A stretch of DNA of 62,933 bases, counting the filler, from Pelomyxa schiedti (taxonomy: Eukaryota; Protista; Evosea), in assembly GCA_020536535.1 (NCBI GenBank). It is 8 parts of 8 records of this genome, joined end to end, with 100 filler letters (N's around TTAATTAATTAA, not from the genome) between each part and the next. Parts side by side here need not be neighbours in the genome. Positions count along the whole stretch, not along the records: positions 27,220 to 44,871 come from JAHLWZ010000274.1; positions 44,972 to 48,313 come from JAHLWZ010001758.1; positions 48,414 to 49,613 come from JAHLWZ010002705.1; positions 49,714 to 61,748 come from JAHLWZ010001224.1; 4 more parts are not named here. One strand, 5' to 3'. The stretch's first letter is position 1, and the number at the start of each line of letters is the position of its first letter. Of the stretch, positions 37,045-49,749 are shown piece by piece. Both the position numbers and the translations under genes were made by a program. The notes under the pieces were generated by a model. It worked only from the letters and a program-made list of their open reading frames with translations, made no database searches and had not been told where the DNA came from.

Positions 37045-37814
37045 TCACGAAGAGGAAGTCCTTGATGTCGAGGTTGTGCTGACAGCGGGTGTGGATTTAC
37101 TTCTTGTTGCGTTGTGATTTCTCACCACAGCAGTAAGTCTTTCTTCAAACTTTTCACATCTTGTTGGTTGTTAGCAGAAGTTTTCCGCAAATATATATTT
37201 TTCATTCAACGGAAATGAGGGACCATAAAAACCTGATTGGCATTTCCAATTCGTAAAATGGGCTCTTCAGTGCATAGTCCGCATATGTCTGGTATATCTC
37301 AATGAGTGTTTCATCCGGCCCAATGTCCGCTGTGTCTGTGACCAGTACAAATTTGACTCCAGTGGGAGATTGGAAGCAATGAAGGGTAAAGGTATCTCCA
37401 TCAAGAGACTTGGAAATATCAGTAAAGGCATCATTGCTACTACTAATAATAATAATAAGGATACCTATTAAAACACCACCACTATCCATCTGTGGAATTA
37501 ATACACACCATAATTCCGGATGACTGGGTAGCAGGGTGCGGGTCTAATTGACTTGCAATAACGTAAACTGCGTGAAACACTGAGCCAACTCTCAGGTACT
37601 CGTTCAAATCCAACTTGGGCCGACCGTCATAGTCCTAGGAGAGGGCCACAGATTAAAATGGTATGTCAAAACACCCACGCTCTCCCACAACTGCGACGCA
37701 GCGCAGCACAACCTCCTCAACTGCGTTGTACGAGGTTGTGAAGTGAAAACGACGCACTTGATGGTAGATGAGACCCCCTGCCTTGTTGATCACGTATACC
37801 GACTGCACTCCCAT
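37045..37814 (-). CDS. TRAPPC4: TRAPP complex subunit 4 (Trs23/synbindin)
   Basis: VYVINKAGGLIY, NEYLRVGSVFH, DTFTLHCFQSPTGVKF, YADYALKSPFYELEMPIRCEKF. Confidence 0.9.
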
Positions 37815-38133
37815 CCCAACAATTATTACTCCCAACAACCTTGCGCCGCTGCGACGAGGGGATCAGCAATCAATTACGGAAAACAGTGATCGCTGAGGAC
37901 TCGAATGAGATTGGCCGAACAACGCGAAAGTTCATAGAGCACTAAGCTATGAAATGGAGTGTTTCTCTGCGGTTTTAAGAAGGAATAACTCAAAGGGGGT
38001 TGTTCTTTTATTGAAGTCTGATGTGGCNNNNNNNNNNNNNNNNNNNNNNNNNNNNNNNNNNNNNNNNNNNNNNNNNNNNNNNNNNNNNNNNNNNNNNNNN
38101 NNNNNNNNNNNNNNNNNNNNNNNNNNNGCCTTC

Positions 38134-38739
38134 TCAGATGTGCTTCTGGAACTGCCAGCGTTGCCTTCCAGTGTTGTCATCGCCGAACCACAGGTCGATG
38201 AAAGTGCCGTTATCTGGGCTGCTCAGCAGTGCCCTTGTGTTGGTGATGCCAGCAGACACCCTGATGTAGTACACACAGGGAAGTGTGCACACCGACTCAG
38301 GAACTGGTGTTATAAGCCACTTCTGCCTGCCCGTGTTGTCGTCCACGTTGAAGCAGTCCACCCTGGTCCCTTCGGCATTGCAACTCAGGTACCTTTTTAC
38401 AGGTTGTCAAATACACTCAAAAGAAAGGTATTAAAACATATACGGTTAATTTAACAATTACATAGAGAGAGAGCAGCGCCGTTACCTCCTGTTGCCCTCT
38501 GTGCCCCCTGATATCATGATGTAGTACATGTTGGGTGCACCGTCGATCGGGACTGTCTCCCATATCTGGCGGCCAGAACCGTCCTCCATGTGCCATAGGT
38601 CACACCTGTCACCCGCGCCGGTACAGCTGAGAAGGGTCCTGTTTGTGCTCAGCCCACGTAGTAGCTGCAAGGTCCACCTCTTGTGACCCAAGGGGTGGGT
38701 GGCGTCCTGGTGGTGACAGCAGCTGCACGAGTCCGACAT
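38134..38739 (-). CDS. Small beta-trefoil (ricin B/fascin-like) protein
   Basis: Three LS....G..(V/C/I)D....(D/E)D..GRQ.W repeats over two exons. Confidence 0.75.
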
Positions 38740-39282
38740 TCTTGTTGACTGTTGTATGTGTCTTAAAGGCTTTGTTTTTTGTTGTATTGTGCTTGTGTTT
38801 TTTTATTTGGTATTTAAATGAGCGGGCTTTTTGAAATTCTACTAAAACGTTGTGCACAGTGGAGTTTTCTAAAAGGAAAATAAACAGAAAGCTCTGGTGC
38901 CGCACAGTTTCACATTTTTCCTTGAAGTTGTGGTATTATTTGTGCACCACGTCACACCGAATAGACGTTTCACATAAATACCCACCCAACCAAAAGTACT
39001 TGGGGTACCTCACTAAAACGATGTGTACTTCATTGAGTAGTCAAACCCAGGGCTGGGTCTGAAACCAATTCATCTGGTGTCGACCATCCCGTAAATCAAG
39101 CCTCTTTGGGAAAAGTTCCAAATCCGGGTTGGTTCCTCACAGTTTTGTTTTGGATGGCCAGTCCCGTAACAGAAAAAGTGGGTTTGTCCTCAACCTTGTG
39201 TAACTTTTGTTGGTTTCCTGCATGACCGTCAAGTTATAAAGAAATACGGGTTTGTTTGTTGAGGGATTTGCATACATTTTTT

Positions 39283-40057
39283 TTACTTGAAAAGAGGAAC
39301 CAGCACCAACAATGACAGAAATGAAATTAAGAAATACTTCTGCATTGGATAATCCAAGAAGAGCAACGCAATGTATCCAACGAACGGAATGTACCTGTGC
39401 TTAATTATCATCATAAAATCCAACAACTTGAAGCATGCCCTGTCACCCTCCCAAGGATTTGGTTGGGGTAAATGAATAACTCGCCCTGAGGTGCATACAG
39501 ACCTCTGTCATCAAAAAAGTGGCTGTCACCTTTGGTGAGGAATTTAGTACTTCCATCATCACTGTGAAGAGGTAACGTCAGTCCACGTAAGTGGTGGTAA
39601 TACACACTTGATGTGGCTCCTCATTATTCTGTGTACTATTGGAACACTGATTCCCTCCACTTTGAACACAATAATGTCGCCCTCAGTGTATGGAGACTGA
39701 TAGTGTGTCACAAGAAGTAGGTCTCCTCGATGAAAAGTAGCCTCCATTCTGCCGGTGTCGGATATAACATAAAGATCACTACTGGCTTTTTCTCAGGGGT
39801 AGGCACACAATAATATTATGTTTTGTTTGTGTAATACAATACTTATACAACAAAGATTAGCCAGTAGGAACAGTCTCACTACCTCTGAACCACGAGTACA
39901 GGTAACTCTGTGTTGGTGGCCAGTCTCAGCAGGTTCCACGCCGCCAATGCCAGCACAAATGCAAACAGCAAGCTCAGTGCCCTTATGACCACCACCTAAG
40001 TCACGCTAAAAGGTACTTTATTGTTGTTAAACCGACACATACCTTGTGTTGGTGCAT
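39283..40057 (-). CDS. SEC11: SEC11-like signal peptidase subunit (catalytic Ser apparently lost)
   Basis: MEATFHRGDLL, GDIIVFKVEG...PIVHR, FLTKGD...DDRGLY, IPFVGY. Confidence 0.8.
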
Positions 40058-40251
40058 ACAACCAGCCGAGTGCCAATAGACGTCGTGTAAACAGAATTTT
40101 GTTTCACATTTATGTGAAATAGAGAACAAGCGCGTTTGGTACTCCTCACAACCACGTGTACCGTTGAGCAGTCATCAATCTAACTAACTCCCAATCCCCA
40201 ATCGCTCAGATCTAGAAGGTTCTCGGAAGAAACCAAACAAACATAAAGACG

Positions 40252-43200
40252 ATGAGCGGTGCGATACTACCTCCATTTATTCGGAACCTTCGTTTTTTTT
40301 TTCCCGTTTTCGTTTTCTTGCCTGCTCTGCTTGTTCTCTATATCGTTTGTATCAAACTAAAATACCTTTGAAACCCCAAAAGCATCGAGTGAATCGTCGT
40401 CACCGAGTCACAATGGGTTGCCATACACGTCCACGTCGCCGCCCCCATCGTCGTCACCGCGCTCGTCGAACGTGATCATCAAGGCAGCGGTTCCGTCGCC
40501 CATGGCCCCGCTGATCCATAAACAGCAACAGGAGCAGCAGCAGATGTTGCAGGCGCAGCAGCAGATGGGAATGGGCCTTATGCCGACTCCCGGGGGCGGC
40601 TCTGGCGCGATGATGGGATTGGGCGGCGCCCAGGGCGGCGCGGCGTTCCCATTATTGCCTTCTGGGATGCCGATGCCGCAGGGATTTGGTATGATGCCGA
40701 TGCCCATGGGGATGATGGGGCCGATGGGCATGCCCATGGGGATGATGGGGGGGATCCCAATGGGGATGATGGGAATGCACATGATGATGCCCATGCCGGG
40801 GATGGGCCGCGGCGGCCCGGGCGGCATCCCGCCGCCTCCGCCGCCCCCGGTGCCCCCGCCGCCGCCCCCGTCGATCCCGCCGCCTCCGCCGACGCCGGCC
40901 ATATCTGCGATTATGGGATCGTCGGGCGGCGGGTCGAGTTCCACTCCGCTGGTCATTTCTGTTGTGTCTGCTCCTCCGGTCCCGGTTGACAACTTAAACC
41001 AGCCCATAACTGTCTATGTGGGAAAGATAGCGCAGAACCTAGAAGATGATTTTATGAGAACTCTCCTCGAAGTTAGTTTGCCTTTCACTCTCTATTTAGT
41101 GTAACTTTTTTTTTATATAAACTTTTTTTGTATATTTAGCACTGTGGGGCTGTACGCACTTGGCGGAGAGTTGTTGACCCTCTTTCTGGTCAGATGAAAT
41201 GCTTTGGATTCTGTGAATTCGGTCACGCTTCTGGTGCTGTTATTGCATTGAAGTTGCTGAATGGATTAGAAGTTTCCGGCAGTAATCTGTTGGTAAATTT
41301 ATGTACAAGTGGGTTTGGGGATATATATAAATACTCGATCTGCAACATGTCTGTGAAGTAATAACGTGTTGTGTGTGGCCTACACAAAAGAGTGAAGAAT
41401 TATCTACAGGAGGCGTTTTAATTCGTTGAAGCTGTAACGAAAATTGCTAATGTGGTGTGTTTGTTTTATTATGTGTTCATACCTACAAACACAAACGTCA
41501 CAAACGTTATCCCGTTGTTCTTTGTGGCTAACTTAGTGCTTATCCACTCATCTACTGTTCCGTAAAATTTGAACTGCACCAGCTTAAAGCAGATGAGAAA
41601 AATCGAGCCCTACTTGAAGAATATGTTGCCCGCCCAAAAGACAGTACTGTTCCCCAAAATTAAGTTTCTTTTTCAACAAAAATACGACTTTAGAAGCCAC
41701 TGTTGATTCGGAAAATTCTACTGAAGAAAAAATCAAGCAGAAGATTACTGCTCTCGTTGCTGAGCGTGCACGCCGAATAGAAACGTCAAATACCAACAAA
41801 CAGGCTGCTGCCCATCTCGAAAAAGAATTGACAGAGGTTTCTTTTTATCTTTTTGATTGGCTTTATTTTCCGATTTTATTGGAGTGTTCATGATTACCTT
41901 TGAAATGTGGAATTAACATCCAATAGGCACGATCCAGTGGGGTACTGAATTTCTTTTTCTAACATTGTATGCTCACAAAACTACTCTCAGGAAAATATAC
42001 GCAGTGGTCCGCCTTCCACAGGTTCAACCTCTTAACACAAGTATCCCTAACCCACAACAGAAATAGACAAAGATCAACTAGTCTCACGAGAAATACAGGC
42101 ATTCCGAGAAAGAGCAAAACGGGAGACCAAGACATCAAGGCCAGAGTACTCAATTTAACTTCTGTATTTTCGTGTGCTTATAAATCAATAGCGGGGAGAA
42201 GGAAGAAGGTGAACGTGATGCCTCAGATCATGAGCATGGCCATGCAAGGGATCGTGATAGACGAGACAGGGATCGAGATAGGGACAGATATAGAGACAGA
42301 GACAGGGACCGTGATAGATACTCCAGACATCACACCAGACAATCCGACAGAGATCGAAGGTAATAATAAGTTGCTGCCTAAAAAAAGATTTAAGAACACC
42401 AAGGAGCGATCACAGATCACATGATGACACAAGAGAGGAAAAGCCATCCAAGGAATCAAGGTTATTTTCTCTTAGGTTAATTTAGCAGCTCACTCTCCCT
42501 CAGTGCTCCGGACAAAACAGCCTCTGCAACAACTACAACTACAACCACTAAAACACCAACTGCAACTGCGACAACAGAAACAACCAAGTCTCCCACACCT
42601 GACGAGCAGTCCGTCCGGAACCAACTTCAACAGAAAGCTAGAAGTGGAGATTATGGCTCATTTGCCACCCCCGGTATGTGGCGCCTTTCTCAACTTCATT
42701 TCTATTCATCACCGAAAACAAGAAGTCACAGAATTCCGGAAAGGGCTGGGATTCACTCTTGGTGCTGCAACTGTCCCCGCTAAAAGAATGAAGCCTGTTG
42801 CCGGATTCACAGATGATGTAGACTATGACGCTGCTTTGTCAGGACCTGTCACAAAAAGGAAGCGGGAATTGATTAGAGTTACCCACCGACTCTTTTCCAT
42901 TTGAACTCATTCCACTCCAGTTGGACGATTCTATCGTACCGCCGTCACAAGGTGATGCACTGAAACAACTGATCAACAGTATTCCGACAGACAAAGAAGG
43001 GCTCGTGAAGTACACCATCAATTGGGCACTAGTTGATCAGGTTTGCCTCATAATTTCAATTCCGCATCCCGCCACTAATTCCATCCAGTTTCAAATTATT
43101 GATAAGCGGATCAAGCCGTGGGTCTCCAAGAAAATCGTCGAGTTCCTTGGTGAGGAAGAAGAAACCTTCATGCAGTTTGTCACCAGTGAGTGATTCACNN

Positions 43201-43598
43201 NNNNNNNNNNNNNNNNNNNNNNNNNNNNNNNNNNNNNNNNNNNNNNNNNNNNNNNNNNNNNNNNNNNNNNNNNNNNNNNNNNNNNNNNNNNNNNNNNNAT
43301 TCCATCCAGTTTCAAATTATTGATAAGCGGATCAAGCCGTGGGTCTCCAAGAAAATCGTCGAGTTCCTTGGTGAGGAAGAAGAAACCTTCATGCAGTTTG
43401 TCACCAGTGAGTGATTCACCCCCACCACAGACCATCATCCAACAACCAACAACACAAACAGGTAAACTGGAAGAGCACATTGCGCTAGAATCACTTCTTG
43501 ATCAGCTCACCAACGTTCTGGAAGATGAGGCAGAGATGTTTGTAATCAAGCTGTGGAGAATGCTCATATTCGAGTACCTGCGTGCTAGCCAGGCCTAA
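40252..43598 (+). CDS. RBM25: RNA-binding protein 25 (Pro/Met-rich, RRM, RD/RE-rich, PWI)
   Basis: TVYVGKI RRM, FGFCEF, RDRD repeats, PWI domain IKPWVSKKIVEFLGEEE...FVIKLWRMLIFE. Confidence 0.9.
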
Positions 43599-43711
43599 GT
43601 CCACACACACAGGAGAGTGAAGACAAGTTGCTTTTGTTTTTCTGTTGAGGGTCATCTTAAGCCAAATTCGTTCATTCGTACTTTGAAGGTTAAGATGATC
43701 ATTGGTGGAAC

Positions 43712-44712
43712 TTGAAGTGGGTGCTCCTTGCGATGGTTCTCGTGGTCGGTACCGAGGCTGAAGTGAATGGATGGCACATCAACGGCGGCAACATGCTTGT
43801 TCACTTCACTGACATCTCTGCCCCTCTTGGAACCGAGAAATGCGATGCCGGTGCCGCCAATTATATTGTTGCCGGTATGTGTATACAACTTTTTGTTTTC
43901 CCTGGCTGTGTGTTGTATGGGCTCTAATGGCTCTTTCATGCAGGCAATTTCGAAGACTATGACACCTCAAAGATGTATGTGATGAAGTACGCTGACGTGG
44001 TCTCTCTCTAATCTCTGGACACTTCCACCTGTGCTCTCACACTGGTTGGTGGCACCGGTATCACGGGTTCTGGATTCCCAACTGGAATGGCATGGTCCGG
44101 AACTGTAATGTACGTGCTTATCGCCGGATCCGTTGAGACCCTGTGCACACTGAACCTAGTCACTGGCTCAGCCACCTATGTCAACGTGTGGGCCAGTGTC
44201 TCCACGCTGGACATTGCGTGGTACACAGACCCCGCAGGGACCACCACAGGCCTGTACGGCTACTCCGGCACGTCGCTGTACAAGCTGGACACAAGCGGCT
44301 CCAACGCCCCAGAGCTGATAGGCACCACCAGCCCGTTGGACTTGGTGGACGGAAACCCCGTGGTGGGGATGTCCCGCGAGCCCACATCGGGGTCACTCAT
44401 TGCAATGGGAGTGCAGAGCGGCGCCATGAAGGTGCTGCGGCTGTCGACAACGGTCCCGGTGATGAATGAACAGCTGGCGTATGTAAGTAGCGCTGGGGAT
44501 GCACTCGCATTTGGGCGTGTTGGCAAGACCTATTCACCAGAGTGTGTTGCCAAAAAAAAAAACTGTTTTGAAGTATGGCTACGAGCAACCGAGGTAAAAC
44601 AAAGGCGCTACAACCCATAAGGCCGGCAACGGCAACCACATCGACCACCACCACTACCACGTCGTCAAGAGCGGCACACGATCGCGAGGACCCTGAGGCT
44701 GCTTATGAGTGA
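43712..44712 (+). CDS. Putative secreted beta-propeller-like protein
   Basis: Hydrophobic N-terminus and beta-strand repeats in ORF 44087-44620; start and last exon uncertain. Confidence 0.45.
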
Positions 44713-44971
44713 GTGTGTTTGTGTTGGCGCTGTGCTTTATTGCGTGCCTCTGTTGCGAATAAAATCATGCCGCAAATGAAATGGATGTCTTGTATCCTAA
44801 GGAATTGTGGGAAGGTATCGCGTAAGAAAAAGTGATAGCATCGCTGCAAAAGTATCTGCGCTCGAAAAGTGNNNNNNNNNNNNNNNNNNNNNNNNNNNNN
44901 NNNNNNNNNNNNNNNTTAATTAATTAANNNNNNNNNNNNNNNNNNNNNNNNNNNNNNNNNNNNNNNNNNNN

Positions 44972-46460
44972 TCCACCTGTAGGAACACCTACTGACATCT
45001 TGAACCCAAAGCAATGTGTTGCCACTTCACATTGCACAAGCAGGGAGAGAAATAATCCTGCCAATCCCAGACCACATCCAACAGAAAAAGAGAGTGGCTT
45101 TTGCTGGTAGGCACATCTGCACAACTCAAGAAAAGCAGGAATGGTAAGTTTATGCAGGGGATATTGCTGTTCATGTCCAGGAGGAATCTCAATGGATCTT
45201 ACCCACTGCTTAGCCACAAGCATTCCACAGTATAAGAATGAGGTCATGAATTTATTTACAGCTGCGTTGTCAAAGGTAAGGTACATCAAAAGCGGTTCTT
45301 GGCTCTGCCTGGCAAGGGGGATGGGTAAAAACTGGTAAGATTCTGATGGAGAATTGAAAGAACTATGGTGGAATTGTTATTCCATATGTCCGGGTATAAG
45401 TAAACAGCCCCCAAATCTTGGATGCACATGAAGCATACTTTGCACAACCTGAGAGAGAGCCGAACAAGATATTGCTTAGCATCCATGCACACAGCACCCA
45501 ATTCACCTGGAAAGTTTCTTGCCTTGGCATATTTATGGTCTTGGTACTGGTGCTTCAGAAGCTTGGTGTGTGCATCAATGGTCCCAATAAGACTAGAAGT
45601 TAGAGCCGGATCACCACCACACAGTGCATCAGCCTTTGAGTGTTGTAACTTGTCACAAATAGTGCAACGAGTCTGGGTGGTAATGCACTCATGCAATATG
45701 AAGGGAAACTGTTTCTCTGTAGAAGGTCCACATGCTTGGGATCTGCCAGATCTTGGTTAGTGTTGTTTTACATAAGCTTAATAATAACTTTCTCAGCTCC
45801 AACATCGTCTGCCATCAAATCATCTATCATTCTTGTATATAAATCAGACAGAGTCTCAGAGGCAAGTAAGAAGTAAGCCTTTGGTTACCATCCCGATCCA
45901 AACCCCTTCCCCAACCATGGGAAAGAACAATGGTTCACATAGATGAGACTCAATAACACAGGAAGTTATCCACTCTATAGCAGGAGTTCCTCTATAGAGT
46001 TGCAGATTCTCTGGAACATCGGAGATCAAGAGCGCCTCTATTCCCAAAGTTAACAAATTTAGACAAAAAAATTCGATGTTCCAGAGAATCTGCCCTCCCC
46101 TCACTCTCACCTGTTTTACCTGGACCGTCTGTGTATGCATGGAGATTGGTAAGGCGCTCATGCACAATTCCATAAAAAAAAGCAAAATGTGCTGTCCTCC
46201 CTGTGTTGACTGGTGTAAAAACGAAGTGAAATTGAAAATAGAGATCGTAATGGAAATGAGAGTGAGGGGACAACGGAAACACCTTTGAACATGTACATGT
46301 GGAGGAAACTTGTGCAGTTTTTCCGCCAAGTATGTATCTTGATCAGCTTTTATTTTGGAGTGTAGTTTCACTTGGTGTTGCTCAATTTCAGCAGGAGTAA
46401 AAGCTGTCACACAATTCCTCAGGCAGCACTGTGTTGCTGCTTGAGCAGCGCACGTTGTTG
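44972..46460 (-). mobile_element. Decayed DNA-transposon transposase (Sola/DUF7869-like), with stops and frameshifts
   Basis: CCLRNC, RCTICDKL, AVCMDAKQ, YLTFDNAAVNK...FLYCGMLV...IEIPPGH in broken frames with no introns. Confidence 0.5.
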
Positions 46461-47265
46461 ACATGGGTGGTACCCCTCTTAAAGTACTTTTTAAAAAGTA
46501 ACAGTAAAAAGCAGGTAGATCTACCTGGTAGGTGGATCTGCAACATTGCAAGATCAAGCACTGAGGGAGGACCTGTATGTACAGTCGCACTTTCTTTCTG
46601 TTGCTTAAGCATTAATGACTAGGAAAGAAGTGACAAAAGCGACAGTACAAACTGCTGAAGATAGTTTGAAGCACAAAGTCGAGGTGATGGCAGCTGAGGA
46701 AATGGCCCAGGTAATTTCCTCAAAGTATTTTCACGATGCCACATTGACTGAGATGGACAACATTGGCTCCTCAGTATTTCACGGCACTATTAGGCTGGTG
46801 GAAATGGCCACAGGTACACCAGAAAAACGATATGTGACTTAGTTGCATGTGCCAACAACAACACACAAAACAACAAATGTGTCTCCCCACACAGCTCATC
46901 TGAGAGTGGCATAAACACACAACACAGTGCCTCACTCACCATACTGCCCCCCAGTGTTGCTAAAACACCACCGTTTTTCTCCATTTTGATAGAGATCTGG
47001 ATGTGGGCAGAATAAAAGATTGGGAGAGGGACATTCTGCATGTGGGGTGGCGTAACGACCCGGCCGTCTGGGTTAAACTACGTCAGGACAGTCGGTGCCT
47101 CGAGGGAAACAGCCCTCAGATCTGTCAAGATGCTTGAATCGGTAAAGTGCCCACTGTGCTCACAGCGACTGACATCGAGGGTGTGTATGGTGGCATCTCT
47201 CGGTGTCATGCTGGATGTACGTTTTCCCTGTGCATTTTGATTATTTGGTGCCAAATTCACAGCCC

Positions 47266-47370
47266 TTACTGGCGGCGCCGCCGGTAAAGCACTTTGGCAA
47301 TTTACATGTCACTTTTATTTTTTTGTGTGTGTGATCCCCAGTTGATCTTACTGGCGGTGCCGCCGGTAAG
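47266..47370. repeat. Pair of 22-24 bp GC-rich palindromes
   Basis: TTACTGGCGG-CG-CCGCCGGTAA (47266-47287) and CTTACTGGCGG-TG-CCGCCGGTAAG (47347-47370). Confidence 0.8.
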
Positions 47371-48736
47371 CTTTGAAACTGTGGGTGGCAAAATGTGATT
47401 AGGCCCACCCAAACCTCTCCCTTTTCCACGGCACCCAGATTGTCTCTCTGTGGCAGAGAAAGCATTGCTTGATGCTATCCACGGTGGCAATGCACAATAG
47501 TCCCAAACCCAATGCCCCAGCTCCGCAACTACTTCTTCATCTTTACTTCCAGCTGTTTTCACAGCAGCAACTTTGCATTTGGTCTCACAGAGTCTCCCAG
47601 CAGTTCACAGTCGCCAAACACTTGTGTTGCAGTCTCTCTGTGCCAAGCTTGAGGAAGTTGACAGTACACAAATGATCCAGTAAGTGTGCTGCCACATTCC
47701 CACGTTTTTCTTATAACCCCGTTCAGAACAATTCCCGAATTTGTCACTGTTGTGGCCTTACCTTACTCCGCGTTGCAGCAAGGGCACAGCACCACTGATG
47801 ATGGCAAAATTGCTCAAATGAAGCAGTCTGTTACAAGGAATATGTTGCAGTGTACATTGAGGCTCTCAATGTACACCAGAACTCCCACCCACATTGGACT
47901 AACTCAATGTCCAGCAGGACCACTGGTGGAAAAGCAATACATCTGCCATGCAATTACTGTCATAAAGCTGCAACATTCTTCAGGATTGATTGAACCACTT
48001 AAGCAATGTTCAGCACGACCCGGGCTGACAAATCTCTCTCTACACAACTTTTCACAGGAGACATTGTTTCCTTCAGTGGGGAGGAAGGAAACTGCACCAA
48101 AGGAGAACAAAGAGGCACAAAGTATTTTATTCATCTTGGAATGGATGGATACATTTGGGTGTAGGTATTTGTGTTGAGGTTTTTTTGTATATTTTGTATT
48201 GGGATTCTTGGTATTTTTTGTATAGAAATGAGGTGACTTGGTGTGCGTTTATAAAGGATTCCAAAGTCAAGGGAAAGGTCTTGGGTATCTCGATGATCTT
48301 TCTGTGAACTTGANNNNNNNNNNNNNNNNNNNNNNNNNNNNNNNNNNNNNNNNNNNNTTAATTAATTAANNNNNNNNNNNNNNNNNNNNNNNNNNNNNNN
48401 NNNNNNNNNNNNNAAATTAACACTAAGCCATACAACAGGTGCCGACCGGTCCGCTGCCTGTTGCCGATCCCGCTGATGAACTCGCTCTGCTTTTTGTTGA
48501 ACTCTATGGAGTGAATTGCTTTGTTTAAGAACGCTGCCGTTCTGCGGGTACCCCTCACACTTTTTGAGATGTACTTTTTCTCATTCCACCATGAAAACAA
48601 GAATGCAAGTTGTTTTTTTTTTTTTGATTCGCTTGTTTTCGGAAAGGCCAGTTTTTGCTTGACAACCAACCACCTAACAACGTCAGCAGTTTTGCCCCCC
48701 ACCATCAGCAAAACAACAAACCCACCAACCGTGAGG

Positions 48737-49613
48737 ATGACAACGCCACCACTGTCAGAGGAACAGCGCAGCGCCATGGGCGTAGCATGCGAGCGCGGCG
48801 ACATGCCCCCGCTCCCGTACCCCACCTGGGACTTCAACACTCCCATCGCCTCGGGCTGCACCATGTTCTACATCGCGTGCTGGTACGGGCACGTGCGGCT
48901 CGCGAGGCAGCTCCTCGCCGTGGGCGCGACGCGCACCCCGCCGATCGACCCAAACGCCACCGACTGCGTGGGTCATACGCCACTGTGCGTCGCTGCCCTC
49001 AACGGAAAGGAGGATGTGGTGAGGGTGCTGCTGGCAACGAGCGGTGTGGATGTGAACAAGGGGTGCCCGCTGGCCTGCGCGTGTTGGGAGAACCACATGG
49101 GCGTGGTGGCGGCGCTGCTCGGGTGCCCACGCGTGGACGTCAACGCGGTGTATACGTCGGGGGAAACGGCACTGCACGCGGCTTGTGAAGAGGGATTCGT
49201 GGAAGGGGTGAAGGCTCTGCTCCAGGTCAATGGAATTGACACAAACCGCAAAAACGGCGAAGGTGAAACACCACTTGACGTGGCAACAAGACAAAACCAC
49301 ACTGATATCTGCAACATCTTGAGGGATCACAACACGAGAAGACAATCCCCAAAGCCCACCACAAACACACCGAAAAATAGCACATTTGAACAGGAGTTGA
49401 GTGAGAAAGAGAGAGAAATTGCAAGAATCACAGGGGAGAACAAACGGCTTGGAGAATCATTGAGGGAAATGAATGAGAGGGTGATGAATCTCGAAGGGAA
49501 ACTGCAAGAAAAGGAGAAGAGGATCAAGACACTTGAGGAGGAGAACTCTGTTCTCAAAGAATGTTACAAGGTGTGTCGTGTTGTTCCCATCCTTCCCCAA
49601 GAAGTCGTGGTCC
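48737..49613 (+). CDS. Ankyrin-repeat / coiled-coil protein, 5' part; paralog of 22673-26279
   Basis: PTWDFNTPI, TPLCVAALNG, DVNKGCPL and ETALHAACEEG match ORF 25386-26279. Confidence 0.8.
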
Positions 49614-49749
49614 NNNNNNNNNNNNNNNNNNNNNNNNNNNNNNNNNNNNNNNNNNNNTTAATTAATTAANNNNNNNNNNNNNNNNNNNNNNNNNNNNNNN
49701 NNNNNNNNNNNNNGAGGGGAAAAAAAAAAAAAAAAAAAAAAAAAAACCA

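Noticed and set aside
37457-37464. GTATCCTT (minus strand), a U12-type donor in TRAPPC4
   Set aside because: It is internal to a normal GT-AG intron that already restores SGIM|SLDGDTF, and no U12 branch site is evident
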